DNA of 64,000 nt from Caecitellus pseudoparvulus. Taxonomy: Eukaryota > Protista > Bigyra: Bicosoecida. The translations under genes were made by a program, and so were the position numbers. Below are positions 38,253 through 48,911 of this stretch, piece by piece. The notes under the pieces are model-generated. The model did not search any database. It saw nothing but the letters and a program-made list of their open reading frames with translations, and was not told the DNA's origin. How positions within the stretch are numbered: position 1 is the stretch's first letter; the number at the start of each line of letters is the position of its first letter. Location of the stretch: contig CBFFRQ010000030.1 of the NCBI GenBank assembly GCA_965644315.1, forward strand, positions 124,001-188,000, in the 5' to 3' direction.

Positions 38253-40953
38253 TCACTCGTGCACCTTGGCACGGCGAGGACCCGACCTGGGCTTGCCCTG
38301 GCTGGCTCCCGTAGTACCCTTGCGGGCGGCGGGGCCGAGTTTTGGGCTACGGGGCACAGTGGGCGCCCTGCGGGGTGCAAGGGTGCCCCCCCCCACAGCG
38401 GAGGCGTGCATGCGGATGGGCCTGGCCTTGAAGGTCATCTCCTCGCGACGCATGCGCTTCAATTCAGCCTCCTCTGCCGCGGCGGCTGCAGCGGCCTGTG
38501 CTGCCGCCTCAGCCTCACGCTGTGCGGCACGCTTCGCTTTGGCAGCCTCGTACGCGGCTCGCTTGGCTGCGCGCGCATTGGACGCCAGGCCTGGGCTGTT
38601 TGCCTGCACCTTGCGGTGGGGCAGGCGGATGGAGCTGGCGGCGGCTGGCGCCTTGACACTCGCAGGCACAGGCCGGGCCTTGAAGGCAGGCGGCGCCACC
38701 TCCTCCATTGCACCTTGTGCACCGCGAGGCGGCGGTGCGGACAGCGCGAAGGGCTGGGGCACGGTGGCCTGTCGAGGGGGCGCGCCTGCGCGCAGGGTCG
38801 TCTTGGGCACGCCCTCCCCCACAGCCCGCGCCTTGAACTTGCGGGCGGCAGCGGCACTCTCCGCCTCGGCCGCGGCTCGGGCGGCCAGTGCAGCGGCAGA
38901 GGCGGCGTGGCGTGAGTCTGTCTGCAGGTGGAAGGGCTCTGCGACCGTGGGCGCCTTGGGAGGTGCGACGTGCCGGGGCCCCGCTGGCTGGTCGTTGTAG
39001 TGGGGCGAGCTGGCCTTGAATGGCTGGTACTCCGGTTCTTGGGTGCCCTGTGGTGGGGCGTGCGCAGAGGCGCGTGCAGATGTCGCCAGCATGGGGCTCT
39101 GCGGCACAGTGGGCACAAAGGGCCGCGCTGCGGCGGGGGGCACGCCGGTGCACCTGACGAAGGCGGGTGCCGGGCGGGCCTTGAAGGGGGACACGGCGGG
39201 CCCAGGGGAGGCAGGCTCGGCAGGCGGCGCCTTCTTGCCCAGGCGCCGGTCTGTGGCCAGGGCAGGGGACATGGGCTGGGTCAGCGGGCGGGGTGGCGCC
39301 ACGTGCCCGGCTCCCGGGCCGCCATGACCCGGCTGCGGGGCGGGCCGCGCCTTGAACGGCTGCAGCCGAGCCATGTACTCCTCCTCTGCCTCGGCCGTGG
39401 ACCGTACGTGGTGGGAGTGCACCACCTCGTCCGTTTTGAAGTGGAAGGGCACAGCGACCGTCGTGGCGTGTGACACGGTGGGCGCCTTCACGGGGCTCGG
39501 CCCCTTGGCCAGCGCAGCCTTGGACTTGCTGTGGAAGCGCGGGTTGTCTGCGCTAGAGAAGCGGCTGACGCTCTCTGCCAGGCTCACATACGCCTCCGCC
39601 GGCGCAGGGGGCGGGTCCCGGGACTTGTAGTTGAACTTGAAGGGGACTGGCTGGGTGAGCTTGGTGGGCGCCTTGGAGGCGGTCTTCAGCGCCCGTGCCA
39701 CCTGCTTGCTGCCTGGGGCAGGCTGCTGGCGCCGCACAGCCGACCCCGCTCGGCGGGAGGACGTGCTGAGGGCGGGCGCCACAGGCCGTGTGGGCGCCTT
39801 GCGCTGGGCCGCTGCTGCGCTGGGCGCCCTGCCCGTGTCACTCTTCAGGGCCGCTGCACGCCGCGCGTTCGCAGCCTGCCTGCGCGCGATCTCCTTGCGG
39901 GCCTTGGCAATCTCTGCCAGCTCCCTGCTCGTCGTGCTGATGCGTGGCGCAGCCTTCACGCCGCGCTGCGTGTCACGGCTGGTGCTGCTGCTGGACGGCG
40001 TGCGAGCCTTGGACGCTGCAGCCCGCCGTTCGCCACGCTTAGCAGAGGCTTTCGCTTGGCTCGCTTGCCGGGGCTCTGCCTTGGACGGCTGCTGCTGCTT
40101 GCGTGCCGCAGTGCGGTTGTGCCGTGCGGCAACCCTGGGCTTGACAGGGGAGACACGTGCAGGCTTGCGTGCTGCGCTATGCTGAGCTCCACGGCGGCTG
40201 TGAGGCTTCAGGGTCGGGGCGTGGGAACTGGGAGCTGGTGGCCGCCGCTTGCCGGCAGGGCGCGCTTTCGTGCTGGCTGCGTCTGGAGCAGGAGTTGCAG
40301 GCTGCGCAGGGCTTGCAGGCACCTCCAGCTCTTCATGAACGGCACCCTGGTCGGAGGCTTCGTCACAGTCCAACTCTGCAATTTGGTCTGCAACAGGCCC
40401 CTCTGCTTCTGCCTCGGCTGCGACAGACTTGTCGAGTGTGCCTGTTTCACTTGTGTCACTCGCTGCGGAATTTGCCCTGACACGCGCCTGCACTGTTTCG
40501 GGAGAAGGAGCCGCCGTTTCCTCCACTGGCTCTTGAGCAGGTGCCATGAAGTCAACTTCTTCCTCTTCATCATGCAGCAATGTGGGCTCTGGGCCTGCCG
40601 CCTCGGGAGGAGGCACCGCGAAGTCCGCCGTAACGGAAGCTGCCTCGCCCACAGCAGGCACGGCAGTTCTGGACTCCTCAGCCTCTGGAGCGACTCCGTG
40701 GTCGTCGAACTGCTGCAAGTACTTGAGATGCTGCTCGCTCTTTAGAATGCTGGGCGACAGGTCGGCGTTCTCGCTGTTCTTAATGCCTGAATGGTTGGCA
40801 AGGAGCAGGAAGGTGCAGGCGCGCGCGAATCAGGCGTTGCGGTGGGCGTGACGCACTGAAGTAGCCATCGTCCTCGATATCCGACGGCGCATCTGCAGTG
40901 AAATCGAACGTTGTCGGGGCATCGAAGGCGAAGAGCGGATCAGGGCTCTCCAT
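38253..40953 (-). CDS. TPX2: TPX2 spindle-assembly factor
   Basis: First exon MESPDPLFAFDAPTTFDF..DDGYF resembles the Aurora-A-binding peptide; intron 40787-40856. Repeated FKARP and TxPxSP/PF motifs; C-terminal EEAELKRMRREEMTFKARPI..PTVPRSPKL. Confidence 0.88.
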
Positions 40954-41248
40954 GGCCACCTGCTCGATGTAAGCCGGCGGCTGGTGCGGTAATTGATCGC
41001 TGCAAAAAGCAAACTGCTGTGCAGCAGCAGTGCCACCTGGGGAAAGCACAAGGGTGCGCCTGTTGAGCGAAGGGCTCACAGGGCTACAGGGTGTGGTTGC
41101 ATTTCTGCGAATGTGTTTTGTGCATCACAGACAGCACGCCACCCAAGAGGCTTCGTCGCGTCTGGGGTGATGAGAAGCGACGTGCACGCACTGCTCGGTG
41201 CAGCTGCACAGAAGGAACATTCTGGGCAGCACTGTCAGGCCGTGTGCT

Positions 41249-42450
41249 TCATCCTTGTGGCGAGTCCGGCGCAGGCTCCCATGACGGGTCAGTGAACCAC
41301 GGGTGCTGGACCACCTCTGCCATGCTCAACTGCCGCGCTCCGCACCCAAGGCAGCCCTGAACGAGGTGCTGCAGTGCTACGGTCCCTACGTGTGCCCCCA
41401 CTGCATCGTCTGCGCTGCCAGAAGAGCTGTCGCTGCTGGATCCGGGGTCGTCTGCGTCCACCTCGTCTGCCCGGCAAGGCACTGGGTCTGGGGACGCTGC
41501 AGGTGCGCAACCCTCCCGTCGCAGTGACCCTTCAGGATGCTTGGGACACACACTGACTTTAGTGTACCCTGTGGCCGCCATCAAGGTTCGACCAAACGCC
41601 TGGACGTCCTGGGAACAGCTCTGGGCTCCGAGGGCAGGCGCCTGCATAGTATCTGTGCCGGGACTTCCTGGCCTTGAACGCTGCAGAGTGCAGGCTTTCG
41701 GGAGGGAAAGGCCCCCCAACTGGACGTAGTATGCATGGAGAGCAGTTTGGAAGTCGACGGCTAAAGCGTCTTCCACGAGCTGAGCGACCCTGACCTCATG
41801 TTGTTCGGGGCTGGCAGGCGGGGCAGCAGCCTTGCTGCCAACCAGGCAACTCTGACGGGCAAACACGCGGATGTTGTCCAGGCACACTGTGCAGTGCGGC
41901 GTCCAGGAGCGTGCTACGCGGCGCACTTCGCAGGTGTGTGGCGCTCCGCTTGCGTGAAAGGTGACTTCACCACGCCAACACGCGCTGACCACCACGCACC
42001 AGCTCCATGCGCTAAATGCAGGCAAGAATGACAGAAATGTAGAGCATGCGCAACCTGCAGCATCCACTCCCTCAAGAAGCTACTCTGACGACACCTGCGG
42101 CGGTTGCAGAACGGGCGAAGTGAGGGACGAGGCACTGGCCGAAGGCAAAACGGTGTGACGTCAGGCATGGCCACCCCGTCGACGGCGTCCACCACGCACC
42201 CATTCCGCGGCAGCAGGCGCAGCATATCTCTCATGCAGCCCAATCCACGTGATACATATGCTGCATCTGCATCATCGTCTGCAAGGTGCTGCTTCAGGAG
42301 CAGGTGTGGGTGGCTGCTCCTATCTTGCTGCTGCGGCGCCTGCTTGAAACGTCCCCTCCTCACGTCCAGCCCGCTCCCATCAAAGCTCTGCACAAAGCGT
42401 AGCATGCAGTGCCGATGATGGACACCCCCTAGCCTGCAGTGCAATGGCAA
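41249..42450 (-). CDS. Degenerate protein kinase-fold protein (pseudokinase); 5' end uncertain
   Basis: After removing introns 42095-42199 and 41887-41999: HCMLRFVQSF..GCMRDML..FLREWMLQVAHALHFCHSCLHLAHGAVCLDNIRV..VQLGGLS..DVQAFG..LQHLVQGCL..RQLSMAEVVQHPWF, the order of kinase subdomains IV-XI. Confidence 0.7.
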
Positions 42451-42764
42451 CCCACCATCACGGCTTCCCCCCTTCTTGCTCGACCAGGCCTGGACACAGC
42501 TTCAGATTGGGCGCCGAGAGCACTGCGCTGAGCCTGGCTCTTCGAGCTGAGCGAGTTTCGATCCCTTCCCCTGCGCCTCGATGGACCAGGTGCTGGGTGC
42601 GCAGACTGCATGCTGCACGTCAATCAGGGGATTCTCCGAGGCAACAGGATGTTTGCAATGGCCGTGGAAATTACAGTTTGGCTGCGTAATCGTCATGCGA
42701 CCCGAGCCTGAAGCAAGGCTCAGCAGGCAGTCACCTCGCGCTGCAGAGGGACAAGCTGACGCCC

Positions 42765-45086
42765 TTACCAGAATGTGGTCAACCACACCCCTTCCACAGG
42801 TACAGCCGCCCCGCAAAGCGGACACGAAGTGTTGCGACCGCTCCGAAGCACAGCACACGGGGGGCCCAGCGCACGCTGCCCGCTTTGACCCGCAGCAGCG
42901 ACGGCCTTTGCCACTGCGTCCAACCCGCAAACAACACTGGCATCCACCCCTTGGGCAAAAGCGCCATGCATGAGATCAGCACTGCAGTGCCAGAGGGCTT
43001 GGCCGGGGAACGCAGCGTTATGTGGAGGGTTCGACTGCCCGAGCCACTGGGGAGGTGGCGCCGGCACGGCTGCAGCTACCGCGGCATCCCATGCGGCAGC
43101 CTCGCCAAATGCGTACCCCAGCACGCCCTGAATGCTGAAGGGCGTCTGCTTGCAATTGGACGGCGTAACTTGCTTGTTTGCATGCTCGTTATTCGGGCAA
43201 TACGCATCCTGGATCGCTGCAAAAACCTGCGTACCAGAGCCTGCTGCCTGCACCGCGCTGCCTGCCGCCAGCCATGTGGGTTGCCCAGGGACCCCCACCG
43301 CATGACGCCGGCCAGCAAACAAGTTCTGCCCGATGTGCAGCACAAGGAAGGGTTCAGCTGCACTGTTTTCGCCTTCGGGTACAATAAAGACGCCTTGAAT
43401 GTCCCCTGTCACGTTGGCCGGCAGCAGAGCGCAGGATTGTGGGCCGACGGTCAGGTGAGCTGTTGAAATCGTCAGTCGAGCGGTGAGGACAGAGCACACA
43501 CTGGGATCAGTGCTAGCAAATGCAAGAGTGGCCGAGGAAGCAGTCTGCTGCAGCACGGCGACGTTTGACGGCAGGGCACCGATGGCGCTCTGAGGAAGGT
43601 CAGCGTGCAGTGCGGTGGAGCCCAGCACTCTGCCCACCTGGTCAAGCTGCAGTACAGTGTACATAAGTGTGCTTCCACTAACGGACCACAAGGAGACGGA
43701 ATACGCGCCGGAGGAATGCACGTGCAGGACAGGTCCAGGCACTGAGGTCAGAGCCTTGGCAGGGCTCAGCACGCCAACAGTTCGGTTCTCCGCCTGCAGA
43801 GAAACAGCCATGGCAACAAGCTGAGGAGCACTTGATAGGGAATCGGGCCGTTGAAACACCACGAACAGCGCGCCGTCAGGGCGGAACACCGTCGCGAGCG
43901 CTGCCCCGTCCCCAGCCCGAGTGCCCGGGAGCTGCGCCTCCCACACGTTCCTGCTCACCGGGGCTGCAAAGGTTTTGAGCTGCAAAGGGTCAATGTTGAT
44001 GGCGAAGCGCATGCCTGCAGGGTGGGCCTGGCCCGCTTTCACGTAGGCCTGTGCATCCTCCACAATGCTGGCTTGATCCGACGGCTCCCATACCAGGTAC
44101 GGATTGTCCAGTAGCTTGAATTTGCCAAAGTCCCGCTGCACTGCTGATTCCCACAGGTTTTGTGGTTCGTTCAGCACAACGAGACGGTCCCAGCCCAACG
44201 AGGCATTGTTCTGTGTAAAGGCACCGGCGGGATCCCGTTGGGAAATGAACACTGACTGCAAGGGGCGCCAGGCATTTGCCAGGCAAGGAAACTGCCCTGG
44301 GTTGCCCCCTCCATCAAGGAGAAAGGTGAGTGGAAGCGACTGCGACTCTGCAGTGCTTGTGAGGTTCGCCAGCATGTCCGTTACCAGCGAGAACCAATTC
44401 TGCACTTCACGTGCGGCGCTGAGTCGTGTAGGCTGCGTGCTGTTGCAGGGTGACAGGAACGGGACCTTGAAGCACAAGGCAAGGGTTGTTGCGGTGCTGC
44501 GCAAGACTGTTGCGATGGGGCCGTGCTTGAGGGCCCGCACCAAGGACGCAGGCGTGTCGTAGTCATCCCGGTATTGCAGCGAGCTTGGCGTGTCGTGGTT
44601 CAGCACAATGCAGCCTCTGGGGTCACCTGGACGCTCCGCCTTTACCTGAGCCTGACACACAGCACCGGCTGGCAGGTAGTTTGGGCTGTGTACGAGAGAA
44701 GGAGTGGGTGTTATTTGCTGTCAGAGTCAACCAGGCTGCGCCATGCGACACACTCGATTTTGAGCCAAGTCGCTCCTTTGGCAAGCAGCTGGGGCCAGCC
44801 CGCCAAGTCATCGTAGGAATGGGCCTGGAAGCTGCGTGCAAGGTTCAAGAATGTGTGCGGGGGGCGCGGCAAGCACTCTTGGCCGCGCACAGCAGAGCAG
44901 AAGGGGCGGGAGGTGGACCAGTCCAATTCGCTCGGACAGCGTTGCTCGGTGCCACGCATGCACGGGACGTGCTGGAAGCTGCAAAGCGTACCTGATGCCA
45001 TGGCGGATGTCTCCATGTCCTGGCGTCGCAAGCAAGGCGCCAATAACCAGCGCTGCAAGCAAGCATGGCCCGCCGGCACGACCCAT
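42765..45086 (-). CDS. Secreted protein with putative PLC-like phosphodiesterase (TIM-barrel) N-terminal domain
   Basis: Signal peptide MGRAGGPCLLAALVIGALLATPGHG. Introns 44832-44991 and 44686-44753 give SFQAHSYDD..LLAKGATWLKIDP..IVLNHD, echoing the AH..G..(E/D)xD..HD pattern. C-half looks beta-rich. Fold assignment is inference. Confidence 0.6.
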
Positions 45087-45175
45087 GTCAAGCACGTTTC
45101 ACTGCCGTTTCACCACAGCCAAAGGACACCTGCTGTGCAGCAAGTGTTGCACGGACGACACTGGCTGTAATGAAT

Positions 45176-46659
45176 TCAAAATTCAATGTTGAATGCAATG
45201 GCGTTAGATTTGTGCAAACGCGGCTTGTGCCAGGGCTTGTCCCCCTGGTTTGTCGACCTCGCCTGCAGGACTGGCTTGGCCCGCTTGTCAGGCTGCACAG
45301 GTTCTGGCGAGGGGCGACTTGGGCGAGCTTTGATGGGTGACACGCTCAGCCTCGATACTGGAGATGAGAGAGCGGCCATGACCTCGCGCAAAACCTTCTC
45401 AGAACTGCCAGGCGAGGGCGGCTCAGCCTCGAGAAGGGCCCGCCGAAGCTTGCTACCCCTCCCAGCACGAGTCTCAGCTGCGGGACGCAGTTGGGGAGTC
45501 AAGTGCACGCGCCGCACAAGGTGCGGCGAGTCTCCCTCCGGCGCCCGTGCTAGCCGCTGCAGCAGGGCGTGTTGCTGCTGCAGTGTTTCCACGCTGCATC
45601 GAACCATTCCAGCCAGATGTGCGTTCTGCTGTTGCAGTCTGGCCGTGCTCACAGCCTTGGCCACAGCAGCGCCCAGACCCGACTGCGGGTCCTCCACAGT
45701 CTTCAAATCGTCAATCGCCTGTTGAAGCTTGTCCAAAGTACTCTGCAAGTCCTCCATCAGCGCGTCGATTTGACTCTCAGTAGGCCACGCTGGCAGACGG
45801 CCACGTCGGCTCCCAGGCGATGCCTCCAGCGTCTCAAGGCGCCTGGACACCTCCTCTGCAAAGGACACCACCGTGTCTTCGTCGGCAAGGGTGGGCCTGG
45901 GGGCCAGGGCCGGGTCGGCTGTCAGCTCCACCGCTGCCTGGTGCACCGTCGTCACAGCATGCTGGCGCACGGCGGCATAGTCTTGCACGGCCTCCATCAG
46001 AATGCCGCGAATGTCAGCCACCACGCTCAACAGTGACTCATGGCGCAGTTGAAGAGCCTCCAGGTGGCCCTCAGCTGCAGCTGTGCGTGGACTGGAGGGC
46101 TGGCCCTGTGCGGCCTGCGCTGCGACAGGGCACGCACCAGAGGCTGAGATGCCCCGCCGGCCTCCAGACACCCGCTGAGCAAGCCGGGCACGCAGCGCAG
46201 AGTTGTCACCCTCAGACTTCTTCAGTTTGTTCTGTGTGAGAGTGACTTGATGCTGCAGGTCGATGTTCTGGCGCTCCAGTTGTGCTTTGCTCCGTGCCAG
46301 CGCCTCAAGCCTGGCGTTAGCCTCCCTTGCAGATGCTACTGCGCGTGCTTCTGCAGTGGAAGCCTCTCGGATCTTGCTCTCATTCCTGCGGCGAGATGCT
46401 TTACCCTCAATTTCTTGTGCACGCAACGTTTCAGAGAGCTGCGATGAAGCAACAGGCTTGCAGTGGCGTCGTGAGTGTCACTGCCGTTTCACTGCGAAAC
46501 GCTTACATCTGCTTTGGCGGTGGACTCCCCACTCAAGCGCTGCAGCAGCGACTTGACTGTCGCACACCACTGGAGAGAGGTTGGGCGAGCACCCTTCAAG
46601 GGGGCCAAGCCCACGCTCTTGAGCTGCGAGTTCAATTCACTGGCCGTCGCAGCGTCCAT
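45176..46659 (-). CDS. Coiled-coil centrosomal protein, SSX2IP/ADIP/Msd1 (or CEP70)-like
   Basis: MDAATASELNSQLKSVGLAPL..TVKSLLQRL, intron 46439-46506, then a long heptad region ending QNKLKKSEGDNSALRARL, resembling the ADIP domain layout. Confidence 0.55.
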
Positions 46660-46835
46660 GGCTCAGGTTCGCCAGCACAGCTTCCCAGAATGGCTCTCCT
46701 GACGTGCTTCAGGGAGAACAAGGGAGTGATAGAGAACACGAGGTAGGCAAAAATTCCACCATGGCGTATAGTCGTGCGTGATGGTGTAGTTTTGAGTCCG
46801 GGCACATAGTGGTACTTTGCGGCACTCGCCCGGAC

Positions 46836-47210
46836 GGTGGGTCCAACATCAGGGACCTAACTGGCGAATGGCTTTCCGGTGTATGTTGCGGTCAATAGTC
46901 ATCGCCATGACTTCGTAAATCATGTACGTATTACAAATGTACACTTTGCTTGCCTCAATCGACACTTTGCAGCTCTCCGCGCCTCTCCGACGTGTCTGTG
47001 AACTTGTGCCCATGGCGGGCACTGGTGGGTCCAATATTCGGGACCTAACTGGCGAATAGCTTTCCGGTGTATGTTACGGTCAATGGTCATCGCCATGACT
47101 TCGTAAATCATGTACGTATTACAAATGTACACTTTGCTTGCCTCAATCGACACTTTGCAGCTCTCCGCGCCTCTCCGACGTGTCTGTGAACTTGTGCCCA
47201 TGGCTGGCAC
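46836..47210. repeat. Direct tandem duplication, 2 x 188 bp (units start 46836 and 47024)
   Basis: Read directly: both units start GGTGGGTCCAA. They differ at ~7 positions, six of them in the first ~62 nt. Markedly more AT-rich than the flanks. Confidence 0.97.
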
Positions 47211-47459
47211 ACCCTGGCGCTGGTGCCTGAGACTTGCCTGGCCAGCTGGGGAGCCGTCAGGCAGCTGCAAGTGCAGAGCTCCCATGTCAGAGCAGAACAG
47301 GTACCGGTTCCCGGGTACTGCAAGCCACCACAGGCCAGCATGCATTGGCCCGTCTAGGGGGCTGTGATGAGTGCCCTCCTCGCCGCTTGGCTGCTGCTTC
47401 GCACGTGCTCCGTGGCATGCAAATGCAACGGAGCACGTTGAGCAGCACGAGCACTGCCC

Positions 47460-48800
47460 TCACAACCGACTGAGCCAGCCATAGACCTCATCAGAAGGGA
47501 TCATGTCGCCTGATTGACGCTGGTGTAGGCAAGCTCGCAACAGGACCAACGCGGCTTCCCTCCGCCTGGCCTGGTACAACCTGGCTTGGTCATCAAAGCG
47601 CCCACGAATCCTGGCTTCCATGGCCGGCCTCTCTCCTTTCAAGATAAGCTTTGCGCCCTGCTCGTCCAGGACGCGCAGAATCGTGGTCTGAAGCGCTTCG
47701 TATCTGTCTGCACCCTGCAGTTGATCAAGCTGGCACCTCCAGCAGGCTTGGTGAGCTCCTTGAAAGGCTTGGACCGCAAGAGGCACATTCTTGGATGAAC
47801 GAGTGGAAAGCTAGGTGAGGATTGCTTGTCGAAGGCGATGCACGAAAGCCCCCCAGCAAGTCACTGAACATGCGTGGCTCCAAGAGGAAGGAGAGGGTCT
47901 CCACTCGCGGGAAGCGCTGCAGGGTTGGAGAGGGTTGACTTTCGTGCCTCATGCGCTGGACAACGGGCGTGGCCTAGGCGCTGTCTCACTGGGCAGCACG
48001 CGATGGCGCGAATAGCAGCAGCAATGGCCTCAGGATCTTCATCACTGGACAACAGGCTGTCAAGGAACTGAACAAGGACGCCTTTCTGTTTGTCATCAAG
48101 CAGCTGCCACCAGCTGCGTTGCTCAAATTCCGCAAGCATGCATGTTTTGTCAGGAAGTGTGGCGGGTGGAGAGTCTGCTGTGGAACCTGCACACGAGATG
48201 CAAGCTTCTATCGACTGGGGCTCTTGGAGCTCGAGTTCAGCGGCAAGTCGCAGGCGCTCGGCAGCTTTGGCGTCTATCGTCACTCCATCACGTTCATGGC
48301 CGAAAGCCACTTGACTCTCGCCTGCTGCAGCTTGCATTGGGCTTGTTTGGGGCGTTCGGTCGGGAGCGAGCCTACCGTGCTAGGTACTTTGGGTGAGATG
48401 TAGGGAGCGAATGGGGGTTTAGGATGTGTTGGGCAGAACAAGGTGTCGAGAGGGTGGCTTCAAATGCGGCAGACAATTTCCGCACAAGTTGTGACTCCGT
48501 TCCCGCACAGCGCAGGTGGCGTGTCCCACCCAGGACAGAGTGTTTCTGGACTCGGCTCCATTGTGGGGAAATGTTCCACGTGTGCCCACTATGGTGGAAT
48601 CGGTACCTGTGCGTTATCACACCGTACTAAAGCTGGCGAAGGAGCTCTCCGCTTGTTGACTTTCAAAGGTAGTGGAGAAGGCAGCTCACAACCGTCTTCC
48701 TAAAGGAGCACATGGATATTGATGCCGAGGATACTGGAACGAGAGGGTGCAGCTCCATTGGACGGAGGATCCGGCATTCGCTCGAATGAGTGCCCTTGTG
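47460..48800 (-). CDS. Possible intron-containing hypothetical gene (or decayed gene); boundaries uncertain
   Basis: Protein-like ORF pieces 47861-48337 (SWWQLLDDKQKGVLVQFLDSLL) and 47460-47786 (ADRYEALQTTILRVLDEQG). I could not derive a confident splice model. Confidence 0.3.
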
Positions 48801-48911
48801 CCACGCGTGGTGCTCTGCCAAACTCCGCAGCGAAAGCATTGAACTCTAGCAACTTTGCTGACGAATCAGGCGCGCGCATGGGGAGTGAGAGCTTCATATC
48901 AGGGTGCACTC

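Noticed and set aside
46756-46781. Perfect Kozak CCACCATGG start on the + strand
   Set aside because: Gives only MAYSRA-stop; splicing from the GTGCGT donor to the TTTGCAG acceptors in the repeat hits a stop within 9 codons.
46748-46794. Sm-site-like AATTTTTG on the minus strand (U4/U5 snRNA)
   Set aside because: No U6-pairing sequence, no U5 loop I (GCCTTTTAC) and no 3' stem-loop directly after the site.
46796-46875. HDV-like ribozyme, suggested by a stem + GG + hairpin + TGGCGAATGG resembling the HDV J4/2-P2 end
   Set aside because: No complementary P2 5' strand or P3/L3 (CC for P1.1) could be placed inside the first stem, so the nested double pseudoknot cannot be built.
46836-47210. CRISPR array, hammerhead-bearing repeat, or C/D snoRNA
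   Set aside because: Only two long units with no spacers in a eukaryotic context; no CTGANGA/GAAA core; the CTGA on the minus strand is lost in unit 2.
46849-47345. Small minus-strand ORFs spanning the repeat units
   Set aside because: The 188-bp period is not a multiple of 3, the peptides are not protein-like and no family is recognisable.
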